Below are positions 1 through 11,525 of a stretch of 64,000 nucleotides of DNA, one piece after another; position 1 is the first letter of the stretch, and the number at the start of each line of letters is the position of its first letter. The position numbers and the translations under genes were made by a program. Source of the stretch: Squalus acanthias (lineage: Eukaryota). The DNA lies in the NCBI GenBank assembly GCA_030390025.1, contig CM059431.1:151344001-151408000 (forward strand), given 5' to 3'. Below the pieces are notes generated by a model. The model made no database searches. It saw only the letters and a list, made by a program, of their open reading frames with translations, and was not told the DNA's origin.

Positions 1-87
1 AAAACAGCTCATTTTTCAATACTTTATCATTTGTAGTTTTGATATTATTAAAACGGGTAAACATTTTAAATGCACTGCCTGAAGGTA

Positions 88-240
88 GATAAAGGTGAGA
101 CTGAGTACAGTGAGTATTGCACAGTGACACCAGCAGAGGGAGATAGATAAAGGTGTGACTAAGTATTGTGATACAGAGAGACACCAGCAGCAACAGATAG
201 CTAAATCTTAAACTAAGTGCAGTGAGTGATACAGAGAGAC
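88..240. repeat. ~54-58 bp minisatellite (TAAAGGTGAGACTGAGTACAGTGAGTGATACAGAGAGACACCAGCAGAGGGAGATAGA)
   Basis: Degenerate tandem units; the same repeat recurs at ~1475-1720, 5625-5760, 27060-27250, 55225-55320 and 56020-56560. Confidence 0.85.
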
Positions 241-381
241 CAACATTTATTTTAATGCAATGTCCATTATCTTACAGTATATCAGGACACTGAACGTCAG
301 GAAACTATTGGCCTGTTGCTTTTAATCAATCTCTACTAAAATTGTCGCTTCTGGTTATGTTTTTAAAGCTTTACAGCATCA

Positions 382-810
382 GACGTTTGCAGATGCTACA
401 AAAATTGGCCGTGTGGTTGATAATGAAGAAGAAAGCTGCAGAGTGCAGGAAGATATCAATGGACTGATCAGGTGGGCAGAACAGTGGCAAATGGAATTCA
501 GTCTGGAGAAGTGTGAGATCATGCATTTGGGGAGGGCTAACAAGGCAAGGGAAACCAGTATAACTGGTAGGATACTGAGAAGTGCAGAAGATCAAAGTGA
601 CTTTGGAGTGCATTTACACAGATTCCTGAACGATACTTGACTTTATTAATCGAGGCATAGAATATAATTGCAGGGAAATTGTGCTTGAACTGTCTAAGAC
701 GCTAGTTAGACCTTAGCTAGAATACTGCGTGCAGTTCTGGTCACCACATTACAGGAAGGATGTGACTGCATTAGAGAGGGAGCAGAGGAGAATTACGAAG
801 ATATTTGCTG
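382..810 (+). mobile_element. CR1 LINE ORF2 C-terminal fragment (part of duplicated module)
   Basis: Translation 'QEDINGLIRWAEQWQMEFSLEKCEIMHLGR' is typical of the CR1 post-RT region; paralogs at ~4561-4980, 25970-26400 and 53170-54090. Confidence 0.85.
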
Positions 811-1474
811 AGCATAAACACCAGCACAGAGAATTAGGGCCGAATGGCCTGTGTCTGTTCTGTAGACTCGCTGTAAATCGATGATATGAAGTAAAGTTCG
901 GAGCATTTTCCACTATATACAATCCACGAATGCTCACCCAAACTAACTGACTGGTTGTGAAACACTTTACAAAGTGATATGTTCAGATAACAGTAAGGAT
1001 TTTTTTCAAATATTGCCTGATCCGAAACTCCGCAAGCTGCAAGTGAGGAGTTGGAATAAAAACATTTGAGAGCGGAAAGGGAACTTTATGAAACATGACA
1101 GGAAGCAGCCACAAGGAAGAGTAATACAGACTAGCATCGACCAATAGAGAGAAAGACTTGTTTGAATCAATCAATCGATTTCCAATAGCTGCACTCAGAT
1201 TGTATCAAACAATGGAAGCAATCATTGACATTTCCCCTGAAATGTGATCTGATTTGGCGGCGTTTCAGGTAACTGACAATATGTTGTCACGCTTTGAAAA
1301 TGATTCATATTTTTATTCACATTTATATCGCTAAGAATCCTTCCCGGGGACAGTCCTATTACAATATGAAATACATTAGTCATCCTCACTTGAACAAACA
1401 GATTTAGACACCATCTGGTGTTGTTTTGATGTTATTAAAAAGTTTAAATACTTTCTATGCACTGTCTGAATGTA

Positions 1475-1720
1475 GATAAAGTTGAGACTGAGTACAGTGA
1501 GTGATACAAAGAGAAACCAGCGGAGGGAGATAGATAAAGGTGTGATTGTCGACAGAGAGTGATGCAAAGCGACACCAGCAGAGGGAGATAGATAAAGGTG
1601 TGGCTGAGTACTGTGATACAGAGAAAAACCAGCAGAGGGAGATAGTTAAATCTGAGACTGAGTACAGTGACTGATACAGAGAAACCAGCAGGAGGCGATA
1701 GATAAAGGTGCTATTGAGTA
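1475..1720. repeat. ~54-58 bp minisatellite block
   Basis: About 4 degenerate tandem copies of the unit seen at 88-240. Confidence 0.85.
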
Positions 1721-1739
1721 CAGTTTTCTGTTTGTAAAG

Positions 1740-2490
1740 TCCAATTGAGGCCGAAGCAGTGTTTTACAAAAGTTTAGCATAACATCCTGGCTTTGTACTC
1801 TATTCCTCTACTAATAAAGCTAAGGATCCCACATGCATTTTTAACAGCCTTCGAAACTTGTCCTGCCACCAGTAAAGATTTGTGTACATAAACTCCATGT
1901 CGGCCTTTATCTGAAGGCGGCTGAAATATAAAGGGGTGGATGTTATGTTACCGTATTACAAACATCTGGTTAAACCCCATTTAGATTACTGTATTGAGTT
2001 CTGGGTAACGCACATCATGAAGCACAAACAGGTTGCAGCGCACAGTTACCAGAATTATACCGGTGCTAAAAGTCTTACATTATGAAGACAGGCTGTATAT
2101 ACTCGGCTGGTATTCATTTGAGTATATAAAATGAAGGCGTGATCTAATTAATCTAATTTAGATAATGAAATGAGTTGATATTGTAGATAGAGACAAAACG
2201 ATTTGCTCCGGTGGAAAAATGCAGAACAAGGGTCTTAACGTTGAAATCAGAGCTAAGCCGTTCAGGGCTGATGTCAATAACCACTACTTCATACACTGGG
2301 AAGAGGAAATCTGGAACACTCCGCCACAAAAACCTGATGAGGCTGGGGCTCAATTGAACATTTCAAAACTGAAATTGGCAGATTTTTCTCACGCAAGGGT
2401 ACATGGAGTTAAGATGCAGATCAATCAGGATATGACTGAATGGTGGAACAGTTTCGAGTGGCTGACTGGTTTACTCCTGTTCCTATAATC
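1740..2490. mobile_element. Old CR1 fragments (minus ~1740-1900, plus ~1900-2490 including 3' end)
   Basis: LVRPHLDYCIQFW-like coding remnant in the paralog at 5920-6102 and CR1 3' UTR motif GGCTGAATGGCCTACTCCTGTT; paralogs at ~5780-6560, 27270-28040 and 56580-57360. Confidence 0.7.
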
Positions 2491-2801
2491 CGAGAAAAAG
2501 ATTAGGTGCTGAGATTAAGGAGCAGGGAGTCGGATCTTGGAGAAGGGATGAGATTGAGGATTAGCGATCAGATTGAATACAAGAGTTCAGATTCAAGGGA
2601 AAGGGTAATTTCAGTTCGGACGAGACTCGGGGCAGGTTGATGGCTGTTAGTGTGTTTGAGATAGAATGTACTGAGAAGCGGTGTCGATCTGAAGCAATAG
2701 GGTGACAGTGCGTGTGTTCAGAGGGTGGCTGTGGACAAGAAGTGAAGGAATTGTAATTCCCTACCACCGCCACTCAGTGTCGCTGTTTCGGTAATGTTCA
2801 G

Positions 2802-2874
2802 TCCGCTGATTGGTTAGACAGTAGAGCATCAGACTTTTAATCTGAGGTACGGAGGTCAAGTCCCTGTTCGGGCG
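2802..2874 (+). pseudogene. tRNA-Lys(TTT) pseudogene, copy 1
   Basis: GTAGAGCATCAGACTTTTAATCTGAGG...CAAGTCCCTGTTCGGGCG matches vertebrate tRNA-Lys(UUU); 5' acceptor, A-box and T-arm are degraded. Confidence 0.9.
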
Positions 2875-3376
2875 CTTCTTTAATCAATGGAAGAAGCAAT
2901 TTAAAGCACCGACGTTCGATTATAACTTATTATCATAATCATCGTTTTAAATTTAAAAATATTGTTTGAGACAGCAGGAATGATCAGCGTCAATTGCTCG
3001 TGTTTTATGCTTCTCTAGGAAAGTAAGCTTTGAAAGAATGAAAGATAAGATCTCGGCTGGTCTGTATCAGATCTGCATCCGAAGTCCATCCCCCGACTTG
3101 GCTCCATATCCTTTTGTACTCTTGTCCAGCAAAACTCAATCGATCTCAGGTTTAAAATGTTAAATTGAACTGTTTTATGTGGGAGAGAACGCCACACTTC
3201 TACCACACTTTGCATGAAGAACTTTATCCTAACTTCTCTCCTGAATGGCCAGGATTTATCTACCTCGTGCCGACACTGTTCTGGGAATGGAGAATTAACA
3301 AACTTCCCTTGCTCCGATGTGCAGCAGTCCTCAGACAGAGAGAGACAATTAAATGTGAGAATAATTTAAAAGTGTA

Positions 3377-3625
3377 AGATGGAGTTGCATTTATACTGCG
3401 CCTATCACGCACACAGGACTTCCAAAGCGTTTTACAGCCAATTAAATACTTTCTCAAGTGTATTCATTGTTGAAATGTAGGAAACGTTGTAGTCAATTTG
3501 CGCACAGCAAGATCCCACAAATACCAATGAGAAAATTACCAGATCATCTGGCCGGCTTTGTGATGTTTGTTAAGTGTGCAAATATTGTCCCAGGACACCG
3601 GGGAGAACTCCCCAGCTCTTCTCTA
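3377..3625 (-). mobile_element. Deu-domain SINE (SacSINE1/AmnSINE-like), 3' part
   Basis: Reverse complement of the Deu core GTTTGTGGGATCTTGCTGTGCGCAAATTG and of the ...TATAAATGCAA tail. Confidence 0.75.
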
Positions 3626-3643
3626 AAGATGAGCAACTTTACA

Positions 3644-4061
3644 GTGTCAGCCTTGTCTCAGTTGGGAGAACACTCACTTCTGAATTTGCGAACTAGTCCT
3701 GGTTTCAAGTCTCACTACATGGAAAGTAAGCACCTAATCTAGGCTGACAATCCAGTGCAGTACCAAGAGAGCGCTGCACTGTACGAGGCCCCGTCTGCCC
3801 TCTCAGGTGGACATAAACAATCTCACGGTCCCTCTTGGAAGAAGAGCAGGGGTATTCTCCCGTTAATCTTGGCTCAATAATTACCCCACTAAAGAGATTG
3901 TCTGATCATTATCGCATTGTTGTTTGTGGGATCTTGCTGTTCGAAAATTGTTTGCTGCGTTTCCTACATTACAACAGTTCAAAAGTACTAAATTGGTTGT
4001 AAGGCGCTTTGGGATATCCTGAGGTCGTAAATGGCGCTATATCAATGCAAATTCTTTCTTT
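3644..4061 (+). mobile_element. Deu-domain SINE (SacSINE1/AmnSINE-like) with tRNA-like head
   Basis: Head CTCAGTTGG...TTCAAGTC; core GAGGCCCCGTCTGCCCTCTCAGGTGGAC...GTTTGTGGGATCTTGCTG; tail GGCGCTATATCAATGCAAATTCTTTCTT. Confidence 0.8.
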
Positions 4062-6874
4062 CTCCGAATAGTGCCAGGGGATCTTCCACATCCACCTGAA
4101 AGGACAGACGTTAATACAAGTAAAACAAGGCAGCAATGAGTAACGAGGCAGCCGTTTCGCTTTCGCCCGTTTCACACTCTCGCATGAAGTGAATATTACC
4201 GGATTTTCACTGCATTTAGTCTGGAACCAGTCCCCGACCTGGGAAATGCACCGGTGTGAATGCTGTTCTCACTGACTAGAGTCGCACGGCAATAGTGTCT
4301 TGGTGACACGCTGGAAAGTTCCTGGCACCCGCGCTATGTGAGCTAAGATAAAACTCAATGAGGTGGAAGGAGAGAACAAAACAGGCCTTTTTCAATATAT
4401 TCGCTGAAGGCTTCATTTATTTTAATGCAAAGTCAATGATCTTACAGTATATCAGGACACAGAACGTCAGGAGACTATAGCCCAGTTACATTTCCTCAAC
4501 ATCTACTAAAGGAGTCGCTTCTGGTTATATTTTTAAAGCTTTACAGCATCAGAAGTTTGCAGATGCGACAAAAAATGTCCGTGTCGTTGATAATGAAGAA
4601 GAAAGCTGCAGACTGCAGGAAGATATCAATGCACTGGTCAGGTGTGCAGAACAGTGGCAAATTGAATTCAGCCTGGAGAAGTTTGAGGTGATGCATTTGA
4701 CGATGTCTAACAAGGCAAGGGTAAAAACTATAAATGGTAGGACACTGAGAAGTGCAGAAGATCAAAGGGACCTTTGAGTGCATATCCACAGATTCCTGAA
4801 GGGATACTTGACTTTATTAACCGAGGCATAGAATATAAGAGCAGGAAAATTGTGCTTGAACTGTCTAAGATGCTAGTTAGGCCTCAGCTAGAATACTGCG
4901 TGCAGTTCTGATCAACACATTACAGGAAGGATGTGATTGAACTAGAGAGGCAGCAGAGGAGAATTACGAAGATATTTGCTGTGCATAAACACCAGCACAG
5001 AGAATTAGGGCAGAAAAGCCTGTGTCTGTGCTGTAGACTCGATGGAAATCGATGATATGAAGTAAAGTTGGGAGCATTTTCCACTATATAGAATCCAGGA
5101 ATGCTCACCCAAATTAACTGAGTGGTTGTGAAACACTTTTGAATCTGATACCTCCAGACAATAGTACGTTTTTTTTCAAATATGCTTGATCCGAAACTCC
5201 GAAAGCTGCAAGTGAGGAGTTGGAAAAAAGCATTTGAGAGCGGAAAGGGAACTTTATAAAACATGGCAGGAAGCAGTCAGAAGGAAGAGTAATACAGACT
5301 GACACAGCCCTAGACAGTGAAAAACTTGTTTGAATCAATCAATCGACCTTCAATAGTTTCACTCAGATTGTAGTCAACAATGGAAGCAATCATTGACATT
5401 TCCCCTGAGATGTGAACTGATTGGGCTGCGTTTCATATGTGATCACGTGTTGAAAATTAATCATTTTTATATTCACATTTATATCGCATCAACCTTTCCC
5501 TGGTCACTCCTATAACACAATGATTTATATTAGTCATCCTCACTTGAACAAACAGATTCGGATAACATCTGGTGTTCTTTTGATATTATGAAATCGGTTA
5601 ACCACTGTACATGTACTGCCTGAAGGTAGATAAAGGTGTGACAGAGTACTGTGATACAGAGAGTCACCAGCAGATGGAGATAGCTAAGTCTGAGACTGAG
5701 AACACTGTCTGAGACAGAGAGACCAGCAGAGAGAGATAGATAAAGGTGATACTGAGTACAGTTTTCTGTTTGTAAAGTCCAGCGGAGGCCGAGCCAGTGT
5801 TTTATAAAAGTACAGCATAATTTCCCGGCTTTGTACTTAATTCCTCTATTAATAAAGCTAAGGATCCCACATGTTTTTTTAACAGCCTTCGAAAGTTGTC
5901 CTGCCACCGGTAATGATTTGTGTATATAAACTCCATGTCGGCCTTTATCTCAAGGTGGTTGAAATATAAAGGGGTGGATGTTATATTTCCGAATTACAAA
6001 GATCTGGTAAGACCCCATTTAGATTATTGCATTCAGTTCTGGGTAACGCACCACAGGAAGGACAAATTGGCCTTGGAAAGGGTGCAGCGCACAGTTACCT
6101 GAATCATACCGGCGCTAAAAGGGTTACATTGTGAAGACAGGGTGAATAGACTATGATGGTATTTATTTGTGTATATAAAATGAAAGCGTGATCTAATTAA
6201 CCTACTTAAGATGATGAAATGAGTTGATATTGTAGATAGAGAGAAACGATTTGCTCTGGTGGGGAATGCTGAACAAGGGTCTTAACGTTGAAATTAGAGC
6301 TAAGCCGTGCAGGGCTGATGTCAATAACCACTACTTCATACACTGGGAAGCAGAAATCTTGAAACGTCTGCCGCAAGAACCTGATCAGAATGCGGCTCAA
6401 TTGAACATTTAAAAACGGAGTTTGGCAGATTTTTCTAACGCAAGGGTACTAATGGTTAGCGAGCTAAGGCGGGTACATGGAGTTAAGATGCTGGTCAATC
6501 AGGATATGACTGAATGGCAAAACACGCTTGAGGGGCTGAATGGCCTACTCCTGTTGCTATAATCCTAGAAAAAGATTAGGTTCTAAGATTAAGGAGCAGG
6601 GAGTCAGATCTTGGAGAAGTGTTGAGATTGAGGAGTAGCGGTCAGATTGAAGATAAGAGTACAGATTTAGGAGAAAATGTCATTTCAGTTTGGAGCAGAC
6701 TCGGGGCAGGTTGATGATTGTAATGTGTTTAAGATAGAATGTGCTGAGAAGAGGTGTCGAGCTGAAACAATGGGGTGACGGTGCGTTGTTCAGTGGGTGA
6801 CTGTAGGCAGGAACTGAATGAAATATAATTCTCTGACACAGCCAATCAGTGTCGCTGTTTCGGTAATGTTCAGA

Positions 6875-6947
6875 GCCTTGATTGGTCAGACGGTAGAATA
6901 TCAGTCATTTAATGTGAGTGTCCAGGGTTTAACTCCCTGTTCGGGCG
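6875..6947 (+). pseudogene. tRNA-Lys(TTT) pseudogene, copy 2
   Basis: CGGTAGAATATCAGTCATTTAATGTGAGTGTCCAGGGTTTAACTCCCTGTTCGGGCG; anticodon arm mutated; shared 5' flank. Confidence 0.88.
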
Positions 6948-7105
6948 AAGCATTAATCAATGGAAACACTATTTGATTTACACTTTAAAGCACCGACTTT
7001 GATTATAACCTATCACTAAAGTCGGTTTGTATTGCAAAAAAAAATTGCTCGTGTTTTATGATGCTATAAGGAAGTAAGATTTGACAATCTTAAACTAAAG
7101 GAAAA

Positions 7106-7177
7106 GCCGCAGCACGCACTTGAAACCAACACCATCATATTTAAAATCTGGTGCTGCACGTACTGAGATACCCAGGC
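7106..7177 (-). pseudogene. Diverged inverted tRNA-Lys-derived pseudogene (a)
   Basis: Reverse complement GCCTGGGTATCTCAGTACGTGCAGCACCAGATTTTAAATATGATGGTGTTGGTTTCAAGT aligns to tRNA-Lys. Confidence 0.72.
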
Positions 7178-7847
7178 TCACGCTTTCAATTTCACACAGC
7201 GACCTCCACTGGCTGACATGGAACATTACATCGTTCACCTTCCGCATTTCCCACTGCATTTATCCCGCGTGAACTACGCATTTCTCTCACACACCCTCAT
7301 TCAATGGCTGCCACAAACCTCACTTCACAAATACTGTCCCACTCACCCACGTCTCGCTCTTTATAAGCGCTACAATCCAGTTCACAGCGCACAGTAACGG
7401 CTCCAGTTTGCATTAAGAAACAATTCAATCTGGTTCTGTGAAGAGTGCTGCCGGGAAGGGTGGGAGAAATGTGAAGAAAAAGCACAATCTTTAACAGGCT
7501 CAAATGTTAAAAGCTGTACAAGGCCAAAAAAAACTTTACTAATTTTATTGATGATTACTGATAAGCAAATAGCTAAACATATGGAAATTGGGAAGTGAAG
7601 ATGTGGGGAAGAGGTTAATTGAAACATAGAATGATACAGTACAAACGGAGGCCACTTGGTCCATCGTACTTCTCGCGATTCATTGGTAGAGCAATCCAAT
7701 TAATCCACTTCACAGCTGTTTTCCATAGCCCGTTAATTTATTTCCCTTCAAGTATTTATCCAATACTCTTTTCAATGTTACTATTGAATCTGCTTTCCCC
7801 ACACTCTCAGGCCGTGCATTCCAGATCACAATAACTCGCTGTATAAA

Positions 7848-8813
7848 CATAGAAGATCGGAGCAGGAGTAGGTCATTCGGTCCCTCGAGCCTGTTCCGCC
7901 ATTTAATGAGATCATGGCTGATTATCCAAATTCAGTACCCTGTCACTGCTTTCTCCCCATATCCCTTGATCCCTTTAGCCTTAAAAAATATAAGTAACTC
8001 CTTCTTGAATATATTTAATGTATTGGGCTTAACTGCCTTATTTGGTAGAGAATTCCACAGGTTCACCACTCTCTGGTTGAGGACATTCCTCCTCATCTCA
8101 CTCCTAAATGGCTTACCCATTATCCTTAGTCTGTGACCCCTGGTTCTGGACTATTCCACCATCGGAAACATCCTTCCTGCATCCAGTCTGTCTAGTCCTG
8201 TGAGAATTGTATAAGTTTCAATTAGAACCCCTCTGATTCATCTATACTCCAGCGAATATAAGCCTAATCGACCCAATCTCTCCTCATACGTCATTCCTGC
8301 CAACCCAGGTATCAGTCAGGTGAATCTTCGCTGCACTCTCTCCATGGTAAGAGCATCCTTCCTTAGATAAGGCAACCAAAACAGCACACAATACTCAAGG
8401 TGTGATCTCACCAAGGCCCTGTACAACTGCAGCAAGACATTCTTGCTCCTGTACTGGAAACCTTTCGCTATGAAGGCCAAAATACCATTTGCCTTCTTGA
8501 CCACCTCCTGCAACTGCATCCTTACCTTCAGCGACTGGTGCACAAGGACACCCAGGTTTCGTTGCACTTCCCCTTTTCCCCATCTATTGCCGTTCAAGTA
8601 ATAAGCTGTCTTCCTGCTTTTGCCACCGAAGTGGATAACCTCGCATTTATCCACATTATACTGCATTTGCCATGCATCTGCCCATTCACCCAACCTGTCC
8701 AAATCATACTGGAGTTTATCTGCATCCTCATCACAGCACAGAAGCCCAATCAGCTTTGTGTCGTCTGCAAATTTGGAGATATTAGATCTAGTTCGCTCGT
8801 CTACATTATTAAT
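7848..8813 (-). mobile_element. CR1 LINE 3' part, interrupted by the Harbinger element (continues at 13428-14040 and 17438-17655)
   Basis: ORF 8316-8873 contains ISKFADDTK, QYNVDKCEVIHFG and LVRSHLEYC; CR1 3' UTR at ~7850-7930. Confidence 0.92.
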
Positions 8814-9284
8814 GGGCCAGAAATTGACCTGGCTCTGTTCCCGCGGGGGTAAGGAGCAGGCGCGGTAATACATACCGCGTCTGCCGTTTCGGGTTTTCCA
8901 CGAGGAACTTCATCTTCTCGGTGATTGAGTGCAGGGCAGCGTATGACGTCACACTGCCCTGCAGCGCAGCGTGCGCGTTGCATCGCGTGCGATGTGGAGT
9001 GAAGACACGCCCATTAAGGTCTCTTTTCCAAAGGCCGCGCCCCCGATTTTTTTCTCAATTGAATGCATTTTCCCAGCAGCTGAAGACACAATTCTATCAC
9101 TGTTCGACGTGGAATTTGCAGTAAGTTGGATTTAAATGCATGGTTTGAAAACTTTTAAAGATTTTTAGTTTAATTTTGAGTAATGTTAAACATTTGCAAA
9201 GAGATTTAAAGTAATTTAAATAGTTTTAAAAGCCCAGAAATCATTTTTTTCATTGATTTTACTGTTTATAATCAGCAAACGGAA

Positions 9285-10955
9285 ATGGCTGCTATCAGCA
9301 ATATCCAATTTATCCAAAGAACACAGAATTTCAGTGATGATGATCTCCGTACACTTCTTGACGAGGTAGAATCGAAACTTTCACGGATAATTGGAACTCA
9401 GAAGTCCAAGCCGCCGCGAAAAGGCCAAATGGCAGCGTGGAAAGAGGTTGCTCAAAGTGTGACCGCAACCTCGACCATTCCTCGTACAGCTGAGCAATGT
9501 CGCAACAAATTCAGCGATTTATATCGAACGCTCAAGGTTTGTATAGTTATAACAAAAGTCAATGTTAAAATGTCTTTACATTTAAAATGAAAAGCCTTGA
9601 AACAGTGTTTGTTTGCTAAGCTGAGTTAACTGAAGTCACAAGATGCTCCCATAAATTTTTATGGCTTTTGTAGCCTGGCATGTCTCATAAAATGCTAATG
9701 TCATCTTGAATGCAATGCTTTGAGTTGCTTACTGAGTTAACTGTGTGAGTGCCAATGCAGTTTTGTTGTAAAAACCCTTACATTTCAGATTTTCATTTTC
9801 AATTTTAGAGTAAAACTGCTCACAACGCCAGAGAACGTTCACTGACAGGCGGTGGTGTTGTCACGTTAAGGGCTTTAACCGAACATGAGGAAAGGCTCGA
9901 GCATATGTTTGGATATCTTAGCGGATGTCCCTTTGGAAATGAACGATTCGACACAGGTGATGTGTGCTGAATATCAGCTTCTGTGATGTGGCACATCATG
10001 CTTTACCTTTGCTAATCTTTACTGTTTCCTTTACATAGGTGTACAGCATACTTCTCAGTCACGGGATGAGCAGTGCGTTGAGTCTGCAGCCGAAGAGGTC
10101 ATTGGTGAAGGGCCTGTTGAGCCAGTGGGAGATGCGAGTGAGGTGGTGGTGGAGGAGCAGCAAGAGGAAATTGTTGCTGAATTAAACATGGAGGTTCTGG
10201 AATCTGGGTTGCAGGAGAGGTCCTCTCAATCTTCCTCTCCAACTCCTGGCCCCTCTGGCTCTGTGCCAAACAGACAGCAGCTTGATACTACAGTGCCTGT
10301 GGGAGACACAGATATATATGCAGCAGAACAGGAGATACAGGGTCACATCCACCATCTTGAAGGCTTGAGTCAATCGATGTCTTCTCTTACAGAGAAAGAA
10401 ATTGATTGACTTGCCTCGGTCAAGCAGGGAGTGGAATGTCTGTGCATGTCATTTAATGAAATGGCTCAGAATCAGGGAATGGAGCTGAAGAAAATAAATG
10501 AGTCTCTTGAAGGACTGTTGCAGAAACCCGATTTGGGAGTGGATCTTAGGAAAATAAATGAGTCTCTTGAAAGACTGTTGCAGAAACCCGATTTGGGAGT
10601 GGATCTTAGGAAAATAAATGAGTATCTTGAAGGACTGTTGCAGAAACACGATTTGGCAGTGGATCTTAGGAAAATAAATGAGTCTCTTGTTGGACTCATG
10701 CAAATAATTTCTGCTGCAATTACTGTGACTCCCTCAGAACCAACCTTACCTGCTCCCAGCGCAGAATCAGTGCAGGTCCAAGAGCCACCTACTCCGCCTA
10801 CGATGATGCAATCAAACATTGCCTTGCAGCAGCAGCAGCAGCAACAACCCTGTCAGGAGGCAATTGCTGAAGGGCAAACGACGGCAAGCAGGGCCGTTTC
10901 AAGTCGCAGCACCGGGCAACGGTCATGGGGAGCGGGAAAGCGCAAGAGACATTAG
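9285..10955 (+). pseudogene. Harbinger Myb/SANT-like (trihelix) DNA-binding protein gene; predicted exons 9285-9536, 9809-9956, 10039-10955; one in-frame TGA at 10407-10409
   Basis: Exon 1 RTQNFSDDDL...AWKEVA...RTAEQCRNKFSDL; exon 2 KTAHNARERSLTGGG; GT-AG introns keep the frame (phase 0, then phase 1); acidic middle, polyQ and basic C-terminus GKRKRH. Confidence 0.9.
10486..10695 (+). repeat. 60-bp coding tandem repeat (~3.5 copies) encoding LRKINESLEGLLQKPDLGVD
   Basis: Consecutive 60-nt lines from 10501 to 10680 are nearly identical. Confidence 0.97.
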
Positions 10956-11458
10956 GGTGTTGCATGTTCCACAATGCACATCCATTGACCCTCAGGAATT
11001 GTTTATTTGTGGTTAAGCTTTTCAATTGTTTAATTTTCAGTTTTATTTAAAACTTACATGTTTACATTTTTTTTTATTTATATATATATTTGACACTGAA
11101 ACTGAAAGTTAGCTTTTCATTGAAAAAGTACAGCCTCTAGTCACTTTTTAAAAATTCAAATTGTTTATTTGCACAAAAAAATTGAACATTTAAACTTTTT
11201 TACATTTAGGAAAGAGTTATTTTCCATCTTGAATGTCTTTACTGCATTAACGAAGCAAAAAAGTAAGTCAGAACTGTTAACACTTTTTTTTAAAACCTAT
11301 TTCTGTTTACGATTGTTTACAAAGTTGAAAAGTAGCTAGTTAACATTGAAAAGTTATAAACTATGTAAAGCAACAATTAACCTCAGAAGTCTATAATGCT
11401 GCAATAAAAGAGCACTGTTTCACTTTAAATTGTGTCTGTACCTTTATTTGCCTTGCTG

Positions 11459-11513
11459 GTGGAGAGGGAGAGGGAGAGGGAGGGGGAGGGGGAGGAGGAG
11501 GGGGAGGGGGAGG
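11459..11513. repeat. Polypurine (GGAGAG/GGGGAG)n tract
   Basis: Direct reading; lies just downstream of the transposase stop codon. Confidence 0.9.
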
Positions 11514-11525
11514 TACAAGGCGACA

